The position numbers and the translations under genes were made by a program. Below, piece after piece: positions 12,791 through 25,649 of a DNA stretch of 64,000 bases (within the stretch, counting starts at the first letter, position 1; the number at the start of each line of letters is the position of its first letter). Below the pieces are notes generated by a model. That model was not told the origin of the DNA and did not search any database. It saw only the letters and a program-made list of their open reading frames with translations. The DNA is from Octopus vulgaris (taxonomy: Eukaryota): the NCBI GenBank assembly GCA_951406725.2, contig OX597824.1, positions 85,250,001 to 85,314,000 on the forward strand. Reading direction: 5' to 3'.

Positions 12791-13394
12791 TGGTGCTGTT
12801 GTGCCTGCTATTGTCGGTAAGTTTAATGAAAACTGCATACGCTATCGCGTTTGGTCCGTTTAGTCTTCAGTCCTACTTGGCAGAGGAAGTGAAATTAATG
12901 ATAAACATATGGAAAATATTTTTAGTGCTGTTTTCTTCTTCTTCTTCTTCTAAATCAGCTTAATATCGAAAATATTTCAGCAAGCTCTGTCGCGCCATCG
13001 AAGACTATCTTTGAACTAATTGGCGCTATATTTCTTCTGGTACCAGAATCTACTAATACCTACTTAAGCGTTATTTTAACTGCATTTACCATCTCGGAGC
13101 GTAAACAAATTATTATTTGCACTTTTAGGTCAGAAAATGTGATTACATGACAAATTGGAAGGTGTCAGTCTCCTTAGGCTAAAACTCTCAGTTTAACGAT
13201 GGAAGCATTATAATTATGTTAGAGATATAAATCATAAAGACGAACGGACATAATATCACCAGCTTCAAGTTGGAAGGGTTGTTAGAGCATTGAAATTCAG
13301 AAATCCTTATATATCCTGGCCACTTGCATTCTGATTTCACTGTTGCTCTACGTGGTCCTTTGAACTTCAAGAAATAGTAGCCAAATCGATAATT

Positions 13395-13655
13395 ATTCTA
13401 TCGGACTCATTTGCTGAACAGTGAATTTACAGTGACGTAAACAAACCAACACCGGTTGTGAAGTAATAGACAAACACACACACATATATATATACGACAG
13501 GCTTCCATACAGTTTCCGTCTACCAAATCCTCTCACAAAGCATTGGTCAGCCTGGGGTTACAGTAGAAGACGTTCGTTCAAGGTACCGCGCAGTGGGACT
13601 GAACACGAAACAACAAGTTTGCAAAGTGAGCTTCTTAACTACACAACTATGCCTC
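13395..13655 (-). mobile_element. Diverged SINE family A
   Basis: CAGTTTCCGTCTACCAAATCC..CAGTGGGACTGAAC. Confidence 0.7.
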
Positions 13656-14678
13656 TGAATGTCTTATTTTAAATCTGTTGCTAACATTTAAGAGCTAAAG
13701 AACTAGAAATAAATACGTGATGAGAAAAACAAAAACAAATAAAAGCTAATTTAAATCAATGATTGATAATTACTTTTATTAATTAGTCTATCTTAATTAG
13801 TGAGACATTGCTTTCTTCCTCACTCCTCCAGCATTTGCCGAAGTAGTGTTGAATGAATCATAAAGCAAACATACATTTATTGGCGTAAGAAAACGCGATT
13901 GTTTAGAGAATAAATAATTTACAGACGCTATCCGCATGAAAAACAATATGTCAGTTAAACGCTAACATATCTAATGCAGTGAGGCATTTCAAAAGCTAAC
14001 TAGAAGTGCATATCTTAATATAACCAGTATATATTGCTAGCAGCAAGTCTCTACCGTTTCCCGGGGTTTATAAATAACTTATACAAATTACACCAGTTAT
14101 TTAAAAAGAATATTCTTTATAGTTACAAAAAAGGTATATATATATAAATACACACACACACACATACACACAAATATATACACATACACACACAAATATA
14201 TACACATACACGGTTGACCAAAAGTCACCTGGCAGTAAATCATAGCTCTTTTCCAAGATTAAAGCAAAAAAACTATTTTATATGAAACTTCGCTAATAAA
14301 TAGACAAATGATGAAAAAAAAAAATACAAAAAACGGTGATTTGAACTAACAGTATTCAATTAGTGAACATTCATAATTGAAATGAATAAATAAAATTGAA
14401 TACTAAGTATTTATGGAATTTTAATAACCAGGAACTTTTGTTTTATAATATTTGATATACCTGCATTTGCCTATGCTGATCACATAAATTTTACTGATCA
14501 CATCATACTGGTGTATCTCTGGCAACATGGTTAGAGCAGAGTAAGATAACAGGGTAACGCGATTAGTACGAGTGGTTTGGAAGGTAAAGGAGAAGGGTGA
14601 AATAAAATAAGATAAAATACAACAAAATGTTGTAGGGTACAAGTCTTTCACAGGTCACGCGCCACATGTAGCGTAAAC

Positions 14679-14808
<130 letters not shown>

Positions 14809-14838
14809 CATCCATCTATCTATCTATCTATCTATCTA

Positions 14839-14877
<39 letters not shown>

Positions 14878-14977
14878 GCCTGTCTGTCTGTCTGCATGTC
14901 TTTCCACCTGTCTCTCTGTCTGCCGATGTGCTGCTATGCCTACTTCTATATCTATTAGCCTTTTATATATTACTTAT

Positions 14978-15362
14978 TTTTACTCTTTTACTTGTTTCAG
15001 TCATTTGACTGCGGCCATGCTGGGGCACCGCCTTTAGTCGAGCAAATCGACCCCAGGACTTATTCTTTGGAAGCCTGGTACTTATTCCATCGGTCTCTTT
15101 TGCCGAACCGGTAAGTTACGGGGACGTAAACACGCCAGTATTGGTTGTCAAGCGATGTTGGGTGAGGACAAACACAGACGCACAAACAAACACACACACA
15201 CACACACACATACACACACATACATATGACGGGTTTCTTTCAGTTTCCATCTACCAAATCCACTCACAAGGCTTTGGTCGGCCCGAGGATATAGTAGAAG
15301 AAACTTGCCCAAGGTGCCACGCAATGGGACTGAACCCAGAACAATGTGGTTGGTTAGCAAGC
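14978..15362 (-). mobile_element. SINE family A
   Basis: Reverse complement of the 9786 copy over most of its length. Confidence 0.85.
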
Positions 15363-15937
15363 TACACGAACCTTTAACACTTTTACATTCATAAGTCTAT
15401 TACAGAAAATTGAACCACCTCATAACATCTTGCACTTTACTTTTTTTTTGTTGTATTTTATCTTGTTTTATATTTTAATTTATTTTATTTCACCCTCGTC
15501 CTTTACCTTTGTAACCTCTCCTACAAACGGTGTTACCCTCTTATCTTAATATAATATATATATATATATAGTATCTTAAAAGTACAAACAAGACACATGA
15601 CTAAATAAACGTAGATACATACATACGTATACATACATTACATACATTGCATATACATTCACAGGCGCGTGCAACTACACACATACACACACACGCACAT
15701 ATGCATATTAACGTTTATCTTTGCTCATATACACTCACGCTCGAAAATATTTTACGGAATATCTGCAACATACTTCTGAGACAACATGTACAATTGGCAA
15801 GACCAAACACATATACGCTGATAAACATAACTGCATGCACACACAGACACACACACACGCCCAAACATATGCCAAGATAAGTACATACACAGGCGTTCAG
15901 ACACAACACATTCAAGTTACACCCACTTACATAAGAA

Positions 15938-15970
<33 letters not shown>

Positions 15971-15975
15971 TATAT

Positions 15976-16098
<123 letters not shown>

Positions 16099-16227
16099 TA
16101 AAAAGAATTCCAACCTTGTCTGATTTTCACGTTTTATTTACAATCTTATAATGATATATTATAAGATAATATATTATAATTGAATAAAATAAAATGAAAT
16201 AGTAGAATGTTAAATATTCATTCTGAT

Positions 16228-16272
16228 TGAACTAGTACTTTCATGCATTGAATTCTGCAATCTTCGGGTTCA
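16228..16272 (-). ncRNA. Minimal type-I hammerhead motif 3' of the GIY-YIG ORF
   Basis: TGAAC-CCGAAGA-T-TGCA..TGCA-T-GAAA-GTAC-TA-GTTCA. Confidence 0.65.
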
Positions 16273-16766
16273 TGTAGTAGTGTTGACAGTCATGCTTCAC
16301 AATTTTTGACTGTAGCAAGATGAGTGATTCTGTGCTATAAATACAGCTGGGTAGGCTCCAGAGTGCTAGGTTTTGCAAACTGTATTCTGACCAATCAGTG
16401 TGTAGTATCACTCAATTACTTAAGCTGATTGGTTGGTTGAGCTGATTGGTTTAGACATCACGCTTTGTTGGACAGGTCAAGAGTCCTGTATCTTGACCCT
16501 GGCCGAAGCAGCAATTGTTGGGTTATTTTTAGAAATGTTGTAAATATCCTTTGTCAGAGATTTTTATATTTTTATATTTCAATTGTCATCATCATCATTG
16601 TCAGCACCTTAATTATTGTTGCTAGTGGTGATGGTGGTGGCAATAGAACTTTTAACCCTAAATAAGATAATTTTCCTGCTATCTTCGTCTTGATCACCTT
16701 TAGTATTGTTGTTGTTGTTAGTGGTCATGGTCGTAGCAGTGGAAGTAATACCTCTAAGTATTATTA

Positions 16767-17500
16767 TTATTGCTTATTTAGCTTGGGTTCGAATTTATCA
16801 ATAAAATTCTTTTCTCTGATTTTCCTCTCGATTTCACTTGGGCTGTGTAATTTGTAGAATGGAAATATTATATATATTTTCCGACCACATGTTGCTAGGT
16901 GGTTACTCAAAGGTATCTGACGGACCTCTGGGTCTCTAATCTGTTGCCGGTGTACACGTGAGCGTTCTAATAGTGCGTTTCCCGTCTGACCTACATATAT
17001 TTCTTCACAATTTGGGCATTTGATGCAGTAAATTAAATTTCTGCTTTTGCAGTTCATATTCGCGTTTGTGAATATTTTCCCGGTTTTTGTGTTTATATAT
17101 TGACCGGTATGTATGAATTGGCATGTGCCACATCGGCTATCATTGCATTTAGATACCGTGAATGTTTGGTCTTTGTTGCTGAGGTCAAATTTTGCCTTTG
17201 TTAGTAATGTTTTCAAGTTTTTAGGCTGTCTTTTACTAAGCACCATAGCTCGATCCTTGATTATGTCTTTTAATTCATTACTTTGGGCAATGATTGGTAG
17301 GTTTGCTTTGGCAATGTTGAAGATATTCTGGTGACATGGGTTGTGTGTCACTATGAATGGTATGACTTGTTCTTGTTTTCCTCTTCCTTGGGTTGTCCTA
17401 AGTTGTTGTATAGGTATTTTTATAGCCCGCTGTATGCCATTTTCTATAAGTAGAGATGGGTATTTTTGTTTGAGCAAAAATTCTCTTAGTTCTATTCTTA
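16767..17500 (-). CDS. Penelope-like element C-terminus: RT linker, Cys/His motif and GIY-YIG endonuclease (5'-truncated)
   Basis: KCNDSRCGTC..H, NLIYCIKCPNC..IYVGQTG..ERSRVH, REKNFI..P.LN; the ORF's apparent N-terminus is microsatellite. Confidence 0.9.
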
Positions 17501-17571
17501 TCATCATCATCATCATTGCTACCACCACCACCACCACAACCACTTATTTTGATTTTATATATATATATATA

Positions 17572-17803
17572 TGTTTCTTTATTGCCCACAAGGGGCTAAA
17601 CATAGAGGGGACAAACAAGGACAGATAAACGGATTAAGTCGATTATATCGACTCCAGTGCATAACTGGTACTTAATTTATCGACTCCGAAAGGATGAAAG
17701 GCAAAGTCGACCTCGGCGGAATTTGAACTCAGAACGTAAGGCAGACGAAATACGGCTACGCATTTCGCCCGGCGTACTAACGTTTCTGTCAGCTCACCGC
17801 CTT
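17572..17803 (-). mobile_element. SINE family B, full monomer
   Basis: AAGGCGGTGAGCTG head to CCCCTTGTGGGCAATAAAGAAAC tail. Confidence 0.9.
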
Positions 17804-18239
17804 TTTATATATAAATATACATACACACATATACACACATATACACACTCGCACATACACGCACACATATGTATATACATATATATATCATCATCATCAG
17901 CTTAAGCACAACGGCCTCGAACCCCATCTACTTCACCGCGGTGGAAACCAAAATGTTTGCCATCACAATTGCCATACCTATCGGCCACGGTGATAAAGAG
18001 CTCCACCATCGTACGGCTATCACAAAAAGCATCATACTCTCTTTCCAAACATCCCCGTACCCAAACCTTTGGCACTACTTCTATTTTCGCGAACATTGAC
18101 CAGCAAAGTTATAGATATTGCACCCGGTTACAATAGAGAGATTATAGAATTAAGACGAATTCGTGGCAAGTCAGAGGTAACACAGACACGTCTAAATAAA
18201 TCCGGTTGTATGTATTACGTCTTTAATAAGTTTTCGGAT

Positions 18240-18313
18240 ATACATACATAGATACATACATACATACATACATACATACATACATACATACATACATACA
18301 TACATACACACAC

Positions 18314-18344
<31 letters not shown>

Positions 18345-18463
18345 CATACATACATACATACATACTTACATATATACATACATACATATATACATACATA
18401 CATACATGCATACATACATACATATATACATACATACATACATACATACATACACACACACAC

Positions 18464-18494
<31 letters not shown>

Positions 18495-18664
18495 CATACA
18501 TACATACATACATACATACATTACATATATACATACATACATATATACATACATACATACATGCATACATACATACATATATACATACATACATATATAC
18601 ATACATACATACATGCATACAAACATAATACATTCATACATACATACATACATACATACATACA

Positions 18665-18695
<31 letters not shown>

Positions 18696-18700
18696 GTGCG
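18240..18700. repeat. (TACA)n microsatellite
   Basis: Direct reading. Confidence 0.95.
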
Positions 18701-18856
18701 CGCGCGTGTGCACGACGTATATATGCCCGTGTTTGTTTTGGTATACATATACCCCTTTATATTAACTTATCAGTACATGACTATGTACGTATATAGATCT
18801 GTATATACGTTATACATGCCAATATATATGCACACAGGTATTTACGCGCACGTGAT

Positions 18857-18894
<38 letters not shown>

Positions 18895-19047
18895 TACATA
18901 CGTATGTATGCAGGTATATATATGTGTGAGTATTTATACATACGTACATACAAATATTCATATATCGTATATGAAAGTATATTATGAATACACACAAATA
19001 TGTATGTATATATATATATATATATATACCATATATTATACATATGA

Positions 19048-19078
<31 letters not shown>

Positions 19079-19142
19079 CACACACATACGTGCATACACA
19101 CATAAAGGCATTGCATTCGTATTTAAAAAATAACACACATAC

Positions 19143-19201
<59 letters not shown>

Positions 19202-20155
19202 TAAACACGTTAATAAATATATAGAAATATCACAATTTGTTTTATTTATATACAGACACTCTGAACTTGTTTTATCCTACACAGATTATTTTTTCCTTTC
19301 CAATTTGCTTATTTTCAACGCCGGCAATCTCTCATTATAAGACCATGTATCATTCGGATGTGACAAACAACTCTTGAATTTTTAACAATTTTAATCTTAC
19401 TTACAACGAGAGTTAGCCATTCATCTGGTTTTGTTTTCTCTAAAAAAATGGCGCCCGATATTACATGGCGCCGTCAAATTATAATGGTTGTCACAGGGAT
19501 TAATTATAAACAAAAGCATTCGAGGCGTCACGAGAGAGAAGTGGGTGGAATGTTAGGTTAAGTTCAATGCTCTTAAATTAAACGTTGCTTCTAATTCAAA
19601 AAGAAAATATACCATTTCCAAGTGGTAACCAATGGAATGTATTATAATTTTAGCTGAAGCAACAACATTAACGTAGGCAGCAAATATGGAAAGAATAATA
19701 TAAAGTCGCATTGATCATCATTATAATCATCAATCCAGAAAAAAAAATCACATGATTTTGTAAATGAATAATCTGGTGTGTGTGTGTGTGTGTGTTTTTA
19801 AAGGCCCACCAGTGTATACAGTGTGTTTCTCTGCCCTAGGTGTCAGGAAGACACTCGGTAAGAAATGGAAACAGAATTGGTAGAAGATGATAATATAATA
19901 ATAATAAATTAACAAATAGAAAAGCAAAATCAGGACCAGCGAAGCACAAAGTGTAAACAGTTCCGCGAGTGTTGGCTTCATTCACCGAGACAGTGCGTTT
20001 TTAATTTTCTGACACGGTTGGGTGTAATTTCGGGGAGTGGCTAAGTTCGATTACATCGACCGGAGCACTCAACATTGCCTTAAGCAACAACTACGATCAG
20101 TTATTGCTTTTCAACTATACAAAGGTATAAAAACATTATATAAATAAACATACAT

Positions 20156-20353
20156 AGGCGCAGGAGTGGCTGTGTGGTAAGTACCTTGCTTACCAACCAC
20201 ATGGTTCCAAGTTCAGTCCCACTACGTGGCACTTTGGGCAAGTGACTTCTACTATAGCATCGCGCCGACCAAAGCCTTGTGAGTGGATTTTGTAGACAAA
20301 AACTGAAAGAAACCCGTCATATACATGTATGTATGTATGTATGTATGTATGTT

Positions 20354-20388
<35 letters not shown>

Positions 20389-20769
20389 TAGCAGTATCGC
20401 CCGGCGTTGCTCGGGTTTGTAAGGGAAATAACTATATAAGCATTTTTAGAGAGTTATAGCCAAAAAATAGCAAAAAAATGCATTAAAAATGGAAAAAATG
20501 ATGGTAAATTTTTAAAAAAATCGTTGACTCATCGTAGACATTTTTAGAGAGTTACTTCCCTTATATAATAGCGAAAAAAATGCATTAAAATGGAAAAAAA
20601 ATGATGGTAATTTTTTTTTTAAATCGTTGACTCATCGTAGACGTGCGCTAATACCAAGAAGGGCTCGATATGAATCACGACTATAAGATACCCGGTTTTG
20701 GTTAAACTGCACCGCAAAATGTGGGAGTAGTTAGGAATCTAAATCGTAGGAGACAGACACACAACCTTA

Positions 20770-20840
<71 letters not shown>

Positions 20841-21060
20841 GTGTATATGTTTGTGTGTCTGTGTTTGTCCCCCCAACATCGCTTGACAACTGGTGTTGGT
20901 GTGTTTACGTCCCCGTAACTTAGCGGTTCGCCAAAAAGAGACCGATTGAATAAGTACTAGGCTTACAAAGAATAAGTCCTGGAGTCGATTTGCTCGACTA
21001 AAGGCGGTGCTCCAGCATGGCCGCAGTCAAATGACTGAAACAAGTAAAAGAGTAAAAGAG
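20156..21060 (+). mobile_element. SINE family A with a nested Helitron
   Basis: Head 20156-20320, tail 20845-21060. Confidence 0.85.
20388..20780 (-). mobile_element. Non-autonomous Helitron
   Basis: Minus-strand 3' end CCCGAGCAACGCCGGG hairpin followed by CTAG|T; second copy at 55505. Confidence 0.8.
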
Positions 21061-21094
21061 AGAGACATACATACATATCTCTGTATATACTTTT

Positions 21095-21279
21095 GTTCTT
21101 TTACTTGTTTCAGTCATTTGACTGTGGCCATGTTGGAGCACTGCCTTTAGTCGAACAAATCGACCCCAGAACTTATTCTTTGTAAGCCTAGTACTTATTC
21201 TATCGGTTTCTTTTGCCGAGCCGCTAAGTTACGGAGACGTAAACACACCAACACCAGTTGTCAAGCGATAGTGCAGGGA

Positions 21280-21321
<42 letters not shown>

Positions 21322-21401
21322 ACGGGCTTCTTTCAGTTTCCGTCTACCAAATCCACTCACAAGGCTTTGGTCGACCCGAGGCTATAGTAGAAGACACTTG
21401 C
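21095..21401 (-). mobile_element. SINE family A, 5'-truncated, tail-to-tail with the previous copy
   Basis: Reverse complement of the 20845-21060 tail and part of the head. Confidence 0.85.
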
Positions 21402-22180
21402 TCATTCTGCTGGAAAGAGCAGCGAGCTTTTTTGAAAATCACACCTTGACATCCTAATGAAAAGAAAAAGAAAAGGGAAGAAAAAGGGAAGCAAACATGC
21501 TAGACATCAGATACACCAAAAGGACGAGAACACTTCTGAAATGCCTTTCATTGAATATATAAGGTTAGTTGCCCGTTAAGAGCTGATCCGAGCTAAAGCA
21601 ACAAGAAAATTTGAAACAGTAGAGACATCAATTCCCGCAACAATAACAACAACAACCAATAACAAAAATAACAACAACAATTAACAGCAAAAAATCAACA
21701 ACAACAACAGAAGCAGGAAGCAGCAGCAGTAGCAGCAGCAGCAACAACAACAACAACAACAAACTGCTACGTTAACAATAACAGTCAAAACAGCATAAAA
21801 GAGAAACAATAATAACACCAGAGGCAGGAAGAACATCTGTTATATAAATAGCCGAGAATATAAAAATATAACTACGTCATCATCATCATCATCATAATCG
21901 TAATCATCATTATCAGGAACGTCTCGAACTGGTAGTTCATTTTACGGGAAATAGCAGCTAAAACCTCACCCAAACCAGACCGTACCGAATTTAAAAAGGA
22001 AAGAACGCACGAGATTATGTCCTAGATATCCCCCCCCCGCCACCAGAAAAGACAGGATGGCCACGACAGGAATGCCTTCGATCATAAGCAAGAACAATCT
22101 GAGTAAATAGAGAGTTGGACAATCAAAAAACAATAACAACAGCGCATAGTATTATTACACGAAAATAGGATAGTTTGTAC

Positions 22181-22381
22181 CAGTGCTTTTCAAACTTTTT
22201 GCTGGAGCGGAACCCCAAGGAAATATTCCACTGGCTCGAGGAACCCCTGTGCAATAATTTAATAGTCTTATGCACACATATCTGCACAGGAGAATTAAAA
22301 ATTACTGCCGATTTTAGCAGTTTTGCAACTTCTTGCGGAACCCCTGGACTGTACTGGCGGAACCCTGGTTGAAAACCACTG
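22181..22381. mobile_element. hAT-type MITE
   Basis: TIRs CAGTGCTTTTCAA / TTGAAAACCACTG; 8-bp TSD GTTTGTAC (22173-22180, 22382-22389). Confidence 0.85.
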
Positions 22382-22466
22382 GTTTGTACAATGGGGGTAG
22401 GGCAGAAAACAACCGGCCAGCTGTTATATATTCTTATGTAGCCCCAAGCCATTTTTGATTGAGCAA

Positions 22467-22563
22467 TCCACGGCCATCACGTTTTTCCACTGTCATCACG
22501 TTTTTCCACGGCCATCACGTTTTTCCGCGGCTATCACGTTTTTCCGCGGACATCACGTTTTCC
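22467..22563. repeat. Minisatellite, about 5 copies of a 19-20 bp unit (CCRCGGCCATCACGTTTTT)
   Basis: Direct reading. Confidence 0.85.
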
Positions 22564-23118
22564 CTTCATCAAACAGTGCATCCTAAGGCCCTCATTACCC
22601 ACTATGCCCTACATGTTATTTTTGAAGCATTGGGGTACGATTTCAGAAAGATTTGGCTGCTATTTAAAGCAGCCCCTTCGATGGCTCGTGGCCAGCTGAA
22701 TCAGATTTGGTCGAAAATATTGTGCTTACATTGGCGGGTATGAACCAATAAAGGCAGTGTGATAATAGCCATGATTTAACGGTTTGGAAAGTGAAAGTGA
22801 ACACGATGAGGAGTGTATTAATGGTACCGCTACAGCTGATGGTGGTATAGTGGTAAGGAGGCTAGGGTGGAGAATTTTTGTACTAAAGGTGATGATGGTG
22901 GTGGTATTTGCGGTCGTTTTCGAAAGTTAGGAAAGAAACAAGAGGTTTTTTTTCTTAATTAGCAATGTATCTGGGAGTCTGGGAGTGCGTAAGTATGCCT
23001 TCGTACACACGCGCACACGGTCACACATTTGTCTATATTTGTATATGCTTATATATATGTACAGGCATGCATACATACATACATACATACATACACACAC
23101 AGAGATATATGTATATAC

Positions 23119-23213
<95 letters not shown>

Positions 23214-23373
23214 GCGTCGTGTATATGTTTGCATATGGTTATATATATATATGTGTGTGTGTATGTATATGTATATATATATATTTATGTAGTATGTATA
23301 TGTATAAAAATGTATGCATATATATATGTATATGCATATACACACATATATATATATATGCACACAGATATAT

Positions 23374-23414
<41 letters not shown>

Positions 23415-23446
23415 ACCATATGCAAACATATACACGACGCTGTGTG

Positions 23447-23511
<65 letters not shown>

Positions 23512-23512
23512 G

Positions 23513-23556
<44 letters not shown>

Positions 23557-24076
23557 CATACGTACACACACACATGAAACGTATAAATACATGCATCCAC
23601 ACATGCATACATACACCATGTATGTTTATGTACGTGTGTGTATGAATGAGAGAAAGAGAAAGAAAGCGAGAGAGAGAGAGAAGGAGTAACAGTTAAGGTA
23701 TATAAATATTGATTTTCTACTTAGGCAGAAGGCCAGGAAGCTCTGGAGAAAGGGTTAACAGCAGCAATTTATTACTATTTCATATGTTATTATATCCGAG
23801 ATTTATAACAGGTGATGGTGAACAGTGTGGAATGAAAGGGTCGGACAGGTCGGCCCCCGACACAACCAAACTAATTATATATTCGATTGACATGCAATGC
23901 AGTGAATCGGTATGGACCATACAATGTGTTTTCGGGTTCAGTACCACTGCGTGGCACCCCGGTCAAGTTTCTTCTATTACAGCCAATCAACGTCTTGTAA
24001 GTAAATTTGTCAGACGACAGAAACTGTGCGGAAGCCTGTCTTTATATATATATAAATATATATATATATAAATATG

Positions 24077-24214
<138 letters not shown>

Positions 24215-24222
24215 CACAACAC

Positions 24223-24281
<59 letters not shown>

Positions 24282-24589
24282 GGCTGTGTAATAATATAAA
24301 TTAAACACAACACACATGGGCGGGAGTGGCTGTGTGGTAAGTTTGTTACAAACCACATGGGCCGGTTCAGGCGTGGCACCTTGGGCAAGTGTCTTCTACT
24401 ATAGCCTCGCGCCGACCAAAGCCTTGTTAGTGGATTTGGAAGCTGAAAGAAGCTCGTCGTATATGTACATATATATATATATGTGTGTGTGTATGTGTGT
24501 GTGTATGTGTGTGTGGTGTGTGTGTGTGTATGTGTGTGTGTATGTGTGTGTGTATGCACACATACACACATATATGTATATATATATAT

Positions 24590-24892
24590 AATATTAACCC
24601 GTTGCCCACTTTGAAATATACATGTTCCATCTCAGATAAATTGAGTTAGTTAATTTTTCTCTCAAGTAATAAACATTAATCCATCCTGATCTATATTTAA
24701 GTGATGAGGAATTATGTACATTATTTACATTTGACGGATATTTGTCCTTATCTTGTTTGTTGTTAACACAACGATATACCCTCCAGCCTTCATCAGCCAA
24801 GACACCTGATGAAGGCTGGAGGGCATATCAGCCGAAACGTTGTGTTAACAACAAACAAGTTAAGGACAAATATCCGTCAAGTGTAAATAATG
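24590..24892. mobile_element. Penelope-like terminal fragment with inverted arms (24719-24796 / 24806-24892)
   Basis: Arms are reverse-complementary; the right arm holds an intact hammerhead. Confidence 0.7.
24801..24846 (+). ncRNA. Minimal type-I hammerhead ribozyme motif with canonical core
   Basis: GACAC-CTGATGA-A-GGCTG..CAGCC-GAAA-CG-TT-GTGTT. Confidence 0.75.
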
Positions 24893-25299
24893 ACAGATAC
24901 CTATATATGTCGTGACAAGACGTACTTTTCATAGCTCCGGCCAGTCAATAGCCAAAGAAACAGAATTCAACTCAAACCAGCAGTAACTTCCTTCTCTTGA
25001 ATTCTATTATTCTACTATTTTACTATCATCGGAGGATAAATTTACACAAATATATATACAACTCGGAGAAATAAATATAAACCAAAACTAAACCCAAGAT
25101 TAGTTCTAAAATTAGTCCCGTGAGTACAATTCTTTTCTCTTGATTTGTATTAAACACACCACTCATTCTGATTTGTACTAAATACACTGAACTCTTTCAC
25201 ACACATCCAGATATAGCAACACATTTCCGAATATATCGACACAAAATTTCCAGCAGTGCATTCACTATTATACATCAAGTCATCAATAACTGACGTACA

Positions 25300-25520
25300 T
25301 TGTATAATATGGCCAATAATATTCTAAAACGCCACTGGGTAGAAAACGAAATCAGTGCACTGATAAACGCTTGGTACACTCACCATAACGATTGTGTAAA
25401 AGCTAATGTCTACGGTAAAATCGCTGAAAAATTAGCGTCACGAACCTTTCACAGATCTGTAAAACAGATCGAAAACAAAATAAAAGAAACCACAAGATCA
25501 TTTCATACTTTACACACGCA
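25300..25520 (+). CDS. Myb/SANT-like (trihelix-type) DNA-binding segment, in frame with the downstream RT
   Basis: HWVENEISALINAW..VYGKIAEKLASRTFHRSVKQIENKIK pattern. Confidence 0.55.
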
Positions 25521-25649
25521 CATGGCAACACTAGAAGCCATACTTGTCAATGGATATAGTGCACCAGCTGACCCAACTCCAACAGGTCAGGGGTCACTTC
25601 AACGACCCGCTAGCCAGCAGCAAACAACATCCTCATTGATATTGGGTTT

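Noticed and set aside
17902-18096. GC-richer 64-aa ORF
   Set aside because: No recognisable motif or clear splice signals
22467-22563. CRISPR-like array
   Set aside because: Contiguous tandem units without spacers, in eukaryotic DNA
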